NCBI GenBank assembly: GCA_040437565.1
Contig: JBDOQK010000094.1
Coordinates: 1 to 38,854, forward strand
Direction: 5' to 3'
Source: Albugo candida
Taxonomy: Eukaryota
Length of the DNA: 38,854 nt
Part shown: positions 32,207 through 38,854 of the stretch, one piece after another
Numbering within the stretch: position 1 is the stretch's first letter
How the letters are laid out: each line of letters opens with the position of its first letter
The notes under the pieces: generated by a model
What the model saw: only the letters and a program-made list of their open reading frames with translations
What the model was told of the DNA's origin: nothing
The model's database searches: none
Program-made: the position numbers and the translations under genes

Positions 32207-33306
32207 ATGAAGCATCTTCCATTTCAAAGCTTTCTGGTAAAGTTACAGCTCAATTTGTCATCGAGGACAAAAGAAGAAGTCGTAAAGGATACAATAAACG
32301 TATGTCAGGCTCATTTCGTAAACATTTACATTTTGTCATTTCATTGAGTCGATAGAAAGCAAGTGTGGCAGCCATTTTTCGATGGAAAGAACGAAAGCGG
32401 AAAACTCTGCAGATACTATTCATTCGACGGGCAGACAACAAGAGGGATGTATGGAGTGGTCAAGTCGCAATTCCTGGAGGAAGACGTCAGTTGAAATCAT
32501 TTTCAGAGACGGTAGGAGGCAATTCTTCAAAGAAATGGGAATCAAGTAGAGAGACAGCGATACGTGAAACATTTGAAGAAGTGGGATTGAGACTGGATAA
32601 GCCGTACGTAGAACAACATCCTGTTTGTAAAAGCGTCATCCGATCGTCTCAATTGATGTAGTTATGTCCGATGGATCGGTCAATTAGAACCGATCCAAAC
32701 ACACTTGCGCTCAATATACGTCACAACCGAAGGTACCTTTCTATAACAAAACACTTTGTACGCATATCTGATGACTCGGTAGTCTTTTTAGTTGACAGAT
32801 CAGAAGAGGAGCAGGCTGTTATTTTAAAGACACAGCCCAAAGAGGTAGCAAACGTTTTTTGGGTCAATGTGGAGGAACTATACAATTCCAACCGATATCA
32901 CAATCTTATTTGGCCGATGAAAACCTACTTTGAAAAACTGACCGGCTTCCGTGTGCTCGGGCAACTGCTACATCGCATCGTTGGAGATACGATATTTCCT
33001 TGTATTTATCTCCCACGACCTTGCCCAAAGGTCCAAAACGAAGATGATTCCTCGATTCCTCGACACCATTCCGAGTATATATTGTGGGGTCTTACATTAC
33101 AAATCGTATTGAAATTATGCGAAGGAGGAGGTTGCCCGCTTCCGTTCGCAAACTCTCCTTTCCGGTGTACAAATAGATGTGGAGCATCACTACTTTCTTT
33201 ATTTCGTCTACATTACCGTTCAGCAATGATTTTAGCAATCGGACTATCCATCGGCCTTTCTGGAGCTTACAAGCTTGTAAAAGCCGAGTTTACTCAAAGT
33301 AATTGA
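32207..33306 (+). CDS. Nudix hydrolase (NUDT7/8/PCD1 CoA-diphosphatase-like) with a C-terminal hydrophobic helix (multi-exon)
   Basis: ASVAAIF, ILFIRRA...WSGQVAIPGG, ETAIRETFEEVGL, QPKEVANVFWV, ILWGLT. First intron 32300-32355 is in frame from the ATG at 32207. Confidence 0.88.
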
Positions 33307-33534
33307 ATAATGAGTTTGATCAATCAAACAGTCACAAGGTGGCCTCGAACCATATGAACCAAGCAATACCTGGCCAACTTGCATGGTGCGTAGAAGCGTC
33401 GCAATTAGCAGCTGCTAGCGAATGTGTTAGAGAGTGTCAGAATCCCTGCCGCAATCGTATTTACTATGTTTGCACGATATTCTCAACTAGAATTCTAGTT
33501 ATAAATAAGCTCATTTGTTTGTGATCTGTCCACA

Positions 33535-34902
33535 ATGAGAGGAATGGAACCGCAGGAGATTCATAAAGAAAACTCATTTTGGGGCAGCACCAAGGATGGA
33601 TTTAGTAAAACATCCTTATCTCCATTCAGTCATCGTCGCCGAATACGAAATCGTCTCGGCAAAATGAGCTTTATGTCAGAATTAGAGCGTGCTTCTGCTT
33701 CATTGACTCATCGTTTGGGGCGGCGTAAGACGAGAAATACGGTTGATGAAGATGAACTGAGTGGGTACCATATCTTACGCATCTGTCTACATTCCGTTGA
33801 AGGATTGAAGGAACGACATAAAAGCGCCCGAAGAAACGCTTTCTTCTGTAAAGCGTACCTGAGTAAAAGTACTATGCATCGAGGAAGTCGAGCGAGTCTT
33901 CGTCGAATGTTAGCTTCCGATAATAATGATTATGCTGAAATGAACCATGCCAAGCGTGCATCAGAAGGTAGCTCTTCCATCATTCCGGTTCGTTTAGTAC
34001 GAACGCATTCTCAATCTCATTTAAACGGTAAAATTACTTGGAATGAGCACTTTCAAATTCCAGTATTGGATCCACAAGTTGACATATTATGCATACGTGT
34101 CAAATCCTCCAACGCCATTTCTTCGCCAACGATCGCAACATGCTCCATACCGATCAGTAATTTATCACTAAATCAGACCCTCGATCAATGGTTTAATTTG
34201 ATGGATGGAAAGAAAGATGCCGGCCGTATACGACTCAATATGCGATTCATTTTCCCTGGTAATTCATCGAACCATAGCACGCGATCTGAAGATTTTTCCT
34301 CTTCATTTGTGAAATACAACAGAGCGTTGGTCTATGAGCCAGCCGATCCATTGGAAGAAGAATTAAGGTCTATCAAGAAGCCTTTTTCACAAAATCCAAC
34401 TGATAACACATCGCTAAAGACAATGGTGAACGTATCTATTGGAACCAGAGAGCCCAGGCAAAGTGTATTTCACCAACAAAAGACCTTGCCACCACCACCG
34501 ACCACAACATGGAAGCATCGTATTGCATCAGATATTCCAAGACGCAGCACACAGAACGTGATGGAGTGTTTTAGTCCAAGTAATCACTCGCTTATTGATC
34601 AAGAAACGTATTCGGCAATTTTGAATCGTATCAGTCATAACGTTCTGTTGGAGGACGATGAACAAAGTGGAGATGACAGATCGGATCGCGACTCAGGTCA
34701 TCAAGACAACGTTTTAATGGAAGAAGACGATGATGAGGATAATGAGATTACATGGATATATGCAGCGCAATCCAGTGTTCCTAAAAAAAACGCAAAAACA
34801 GGTCGTAAAGGTAGCCAAATGGTTGTCAATGATCATACTCAACTTCCCATATTGGAAGATGTGCATTTCGACGTAGAAGAAGTCGATTTTTGTAATTACT
34901 GA
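33535..34902 (+). CDS. C2-domain protein, 455 aa
   Basis: ILRICLHSVEGL...FCKAYL, ITWNEHFQIPVLDPQVDILCIRVK, IPISNL...DQWFNL...AGRIRLNMRF; disordered acidic tail. Confidence 0.85.
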   Translation: MRGMEPQEIHKENSFWGSTKDGFSKTSLSPFSHRRRIRNRLGKMSFMSELERASASLTHRLGRRKTRNTVDEDELSGYHILRICLHSVEGLKERHKSARRNAFFCKAYLSKSTMHRGSRASLRRMLASDNNDYAEMNHAKRASEGSSSIIPVRLVRTHSQSHLNGKITWNEHFQIPVLDPQVDILCIRVKSSNAISSPTIATCSIPISNLSLNQTLDQWFNLMDGKKDAGRIRLNMRFIFPGNSSNHSTRSEDFSSSFVKYNRALVYEPADPLEEELRSIKKPFSQNPTDNTSLKTMVNVSIGTREPRQSVFHQQKTLPPPPTTTWKHRIASDIPRRSTQNVMECFSPSNHSLIDQETYSAILNRISHNVLLEDDEQSGDDRSDRDSGHQDNVLMEEDDDEDNEITWIYAAQSSVPKKNAKTGRKGSQMVVNDHTQLPILEDVHFDVEEVDFCNY

Positions 34903-34974
34903 GAGTAGTAGTATCAAAGTATAAAATATTGCGATATATAATTAGAGCTTCAGAGCTTTTTCAGCGCTTGAAAT

Positions 34975-35655
34975 ATGAATGCATTTAAGCGTCGATTTCA
35001 ATTAGAAAATCAACTTGTTTTTTATATGTCCTATCACCGCATCTGGCCTATTCTCATTACGGCTCAAGTCATTTTAGCAAGTATTTCACCAGGATGGATA
35101 AACTCAATGAATTACTCGGACTCATCGCAGCTAGAGCAATGTTTGCGTTTGAATTACGCGGCGCTAATGGCAGCTATCTACATTCCGTGGTACATTATGC
35201 TGGATCCAATGTACGCACAGCGCAATCTGTTTTGTCCATCTTACTGATCTTTTTTTCCAAAAACGGTAGTGCAGGCTCCTTAGGAGCGGTATTGGTACTA
35301 GCATCTACGTTATTTTCAAACTATGTGAGCTCAATTTCACCGATATACATTGGCTTGGAAGCGTGGAAGATTGCACTACCGCTTCATCTCATCGGATGGG
35401 TTGCGCAGGTACAAGAAACCTACAATTATTTCCAGCACTAATCAAGACTTGTTTGAGAAGTTTATCGGTCATGCAATTTATGAAAAGAAAAAGCCAGCAC
35501 TACTACACAGTTTGGACCAAGCACTGATAACAGCACCATTGTTTGTTCTGCTGGAAATATTATTTTACGCTGGATACAAGCCTAAATTACATCACCGAGT
35601 GCTTCGACAAGTTTTAGAAAATCAGGAGCCACAAACACATGCTAAATGTATATAG
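34975..35655 (+). CDS. Mpo1/DUF962 family ER membrane protein (3 exons)
   Basis: FQLENQLVFYMSYH, YIMLDP-IAGSLG, LHLIGWVAQ-FIGHAIYEKKKPALLHSLDQALITAPLFVLLE. Introns at 35211-35269 and 35409-35460. Confidence 0.85.
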
Positions 35656-36051
35656 TGATTCGGCTATAACGTTTACTTGTATGTGCTGATGACCAGTAAA
35701 AATAGACGCATGGCCAATGTATTTCTAATGCGTGGGAGGGTCGTACGTAAAAACTCGGGACGAAGTAGTAACGAAAATGGCTGTACGTTATAAACCTCAA
35801 TTCATTACGTGACACTTATTCTAGTCTCAGGACATACGATTGGTTTTTAAATCCCCATATGCTGATGCTGCGTTTATCGACCAACAAAGTAATCTGATGC
35901 AGCGGTAAAGAAGTGACAGGTGCGAAAGAGGCGTTCAATTAGACAAGAGACGAGGTATTGGTTGTCTAAATCGCATCGCGGCTTGACTGAGAATATTCGC
36001 ATTGATCAATTTACCTCAGAAACCCCAAACAGAAAAATCGAAACTTAGAAC

Positions 36052-38288
36052 ATGTGGAAACTCGAATCACTAGCCATTTTATCATCACTCTATATATCAT
36101 CCGGAAGGTCGTTTGATTTCGTCAAGAACATTTACGATTTCAATCCACAAGAAGTCACCCAACTTCCAGCATTTCCCACCAAAGTCGTACCGTGTGATGA
36201 TTCTCAGCTCCCACCTGTGCCAATACAGTCTTTTCCTACGTTCGGGAATGGGGGTTTGACGCAATTGAAAGACAAATATGCCCAACTACCAAATCTTCGA
36301 AATCCAGTTGATGAAACTCAGCTCCCATCTGTGCCAATAGTGCCTTTTCCTACGACCGACAACGGAGATTTGACGCAAGTGAAAGACAAATATGCCCAAC
36401 TACCAAATCTTCGAAATCCAGTTGATGAAACTCAGCTCCCATCTGTGCCAATAGTGCCTTTTCCTACGACCGACAACGGAGATTTGACGCAAGTGAAAGA
36501 CAAATATGCCCAACTACCAAATCTTCGAAATCCAGTTGATGAAACTCAGCTCCCATCTGTGCCAATAGTGCCTTTTCCTACGACCGACAACGGAGATTTG
36601 ACGCAAGTGAAAGACAAATATGCCCAACTACCAAATCTTCGAAATCCAGTTGATGAAACTCAGCTCCCATCTGTGCCAATAGTGCCTTTTCCTACGACCG
36701 ACAACGGAGATTTGACGCAAGTGAAAGACAAATATGCCCAACTACCAAATCTTCGAAATCCAGTTGATGAAACTCAGCTCCCATCTGTGCCAATAGTGCC
36801 TTTTCCTACGACCGACAACGGAGATTTGACGCAAGTGAAAGACAAATATGCCCAACTACCAAATCTTCGAAATCCAGTTGATGAAACTCAGCTCCCATCT
36901 GTGCCAATAGTGCCTTTTCCTACGACCGACAACGGAGATTTGACGCAAGTGAAAGACAAATATGCCCAACTACCAAATCTTCGAAATCCAGTTGANNNNN
37001 NNNNNNNNNNNNNNNNNNNNNNNNNNNNNNNNNNNNNNNNNNNNNNNNNNNNNNNNNNNNNNNNNNNNNNNNNNNNNNNNNNNNNNNNNNNNNNNTGAAA
37101 GACAAATATGCCCAACTACCAAATCTTCGAAATCCAGTTGATGAAACTCAGCTCCCATCTGTGCCAATAGTGCCTTTTCCTACGACCGACAACGGAGATT
37201 TGACGCAAGTGAAAGACAAATATGCCCAACTACCAAATCTTCGAAATCCAGTTGATGAAACTCAGCTCCCATCTGTGCCAATAGTGCCTTTTCCTACGAC
37301 CGACAACGGAGATTTGACGCAAGTGAAAGACAAATATGCCCAACTACCAAATCTTCGAAATCCAGTTGATGAAACTCAGCTCCCATCTGTGCCAATAGTG
37401 CCTTTTCCTACGACCGACAACGGAGATTTGACGCAAGTGAAAGACAAATATGCCCAACTACCAAATCTTCGAAATCCAGTTGATGAAACTCAGCTCCCAT
37501 CTGTGCCAATAGTGCCTTTTCCTACGACCGACAACGGAGATTTGACGCAAGTGAAAGACAAATATGCCCAACTACCAAATCTTCGAAATCCAGTTGATGA
37601 AACTCAGCTCCCATCTGTGCCAATAGTGCCTTTTCCTACGACCGACAACGGAGATTTGACGCAAGTGAAAGACAAATATGCCCAACTACCAAATCTTCGA
37701 AATCCAGTTGATGAAACTCAGCTCCCATCTGTGCCAATAGTGCCTTTTCCTACGACCGACAACGGAGATTTGACGCAAGTGAAAGACAAATATGCCCAAC
37801 TACCAAATCTTCGAAATCCAGTTGAATATTCTCAGCTCCCACCTGTGCCAATCATGCCTTCTCCCACGACAGACAATGGGGACCCGACGCATTCGAAAGA
37901 CCTGGAGGTAATTCTCAAGCTGATCAACGATGCCCGATCCGAAAATCACTGTGGAAAACTTAAGTCTAGCCCAGAATTAATTCAAGCAGCCTGTACCCAA
38001 TCTTCGTTCATGGGCTTATCAATGCATATCGGTCATATTGGAGCTCATGGTCTCCATATTGGTGCTCGTGTCCAACTCACAGGGCTGAAGTTTTCGGCTG
38101 TTGCTGAAAACGTTGCTAAGGGACAGCCAGACATGCTGTCTCTTCACGATAGTTTCATGAACTCAGATGGCCATCGTGCTAATATCATGAATTGCGCTTA
38201 TGACAGCTTTGGATTTTGTCCGTCTGTTGGCAAAGATCAAGAGATGTATTACACTCAAACATTTGCCAAAACATTAGGCGAACCTTAG
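36052..38288 (+). CDS. Secreted CAP/SCP (PR-1 superfamily, YkwD-type) protein with a long 38-aa tandem-repeat region
   Basis: Signal-peptide-like MWKLESLAILSSLYISSGRS. CAP domain LINDAR...AENVAKGQ...FMNSDGHRANIMN...YYTQTFA. The frame break at 36996-37095 is due to the 100-N placeholder. Confidence 0.88.
36196..37890 (+). repeat. 114-bp coding tandem array: at least 12 identical full units plus diverged terminal units
   Basis: The unit encodes DETQLPSVPIVPFPTTDNGDLTQVKDKYAQLPNLRNPV. Six copies at 36310-36993 and six at 37140-37823, with a gap between. Confidence 0.98.
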
Positions 38289-38854
38289 ACGGTCAAAGTC
38301 GCTAGCTTTTGTCTTTGAATTATGATCAGCGTAATAAATGAAATGCATATTTGTCTTTTTCAATGTTTTTTTTCGATTGTCCTTGTATAGACTCAGAACA
38401 CTCCGTACAGAACATTAGAATTATATAAGCACTTGACCCCTGCCACCTTGGCCGCTAATGTGTTGATTTACAACCTGACAGATGCGTCCAAGCATAGGAG
38501 CGAGACTTCTTTTCAATCTCTTAGAATTGCAATTCTCTATCATGACTATAATATAATGCCTTTAGGACGGACAATATAACAAATTGTTTTCGTCATCTTT
38601 TTGTATTATTTGATATGAATGCAATCCATTACAAATAGTTCAAGTGCGCAAATCGGTTTCTGTGTGCGATGTTTGAAATAAAAGCTGCCTTTTGTTCGCA
38701 ATCAGTGAAACAATGGAAACCAGGCGAGCATATATGTGATATAAACTACTTATGGTGGCTACTAACGCAAGAAACCTTTCTTGCAAATCCTACACTGTAA
38801 TGAAGAAATGTTAGACACAACTTTTATCGGAATGGAATAAAAACAACTACAAAT

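Noticed and set aside
36310-37823. Regular repeat array as a possible CRISPR or satellite
   Set aside because: There are no unique spacers; the units are contiguous, 114 bp (a multiple of 3) and in frame within a eukaryotic secreted-protein ORF.

Overview
Eukaryotic genomic DNA with short GT-AG introns of about 50-75 nt and very small intergenic spaces. The gene set and compaction suggest an oomycete, most likely Albugo; this is inference, not a database result. The window has three zones. (i) 1-14950 is a nest of decayed transposons: two Ty1/Copia LTR elements, a ~1 kb insertion with inverted repeats, a Tc1/DD34E element with intact TIRs, an L1/Tx1-like LINE, and a ~200 bp short element with a 14-bp target-site duplication. 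(ii) ~15050-35700 is a very gene-dense block: Hsp90 with a perfect HSE, V-ATPase D, a C2H2/CCCH zinc finger, phosducin-like PhLP1, a DDX21-like helicase, a PX-like protein, a CLAMP/C1a-32 flagellar protein, CAP/Srv2, a plant-dehydrin-like protein, an IQ/B-box protein, a Nudix hydrolase, a C2 protein and an Mpo1/DUF962 protein. (iii) 36052-38288 is a secreted CAP/SCP-domain gene with at least 12 identical 114-bp repeats. There are ten 100-N gaps; five are flanked by duplicated sequence (assembly artefacts) and one lies inside the repeat array. The most notable items are the dehydrin-like gene with plant-style S- and K-segments, the repeat-stalk CAP/SCP secreted protein, and the short mobile element whose 3' end matches the sequence just downstream of the LINE.
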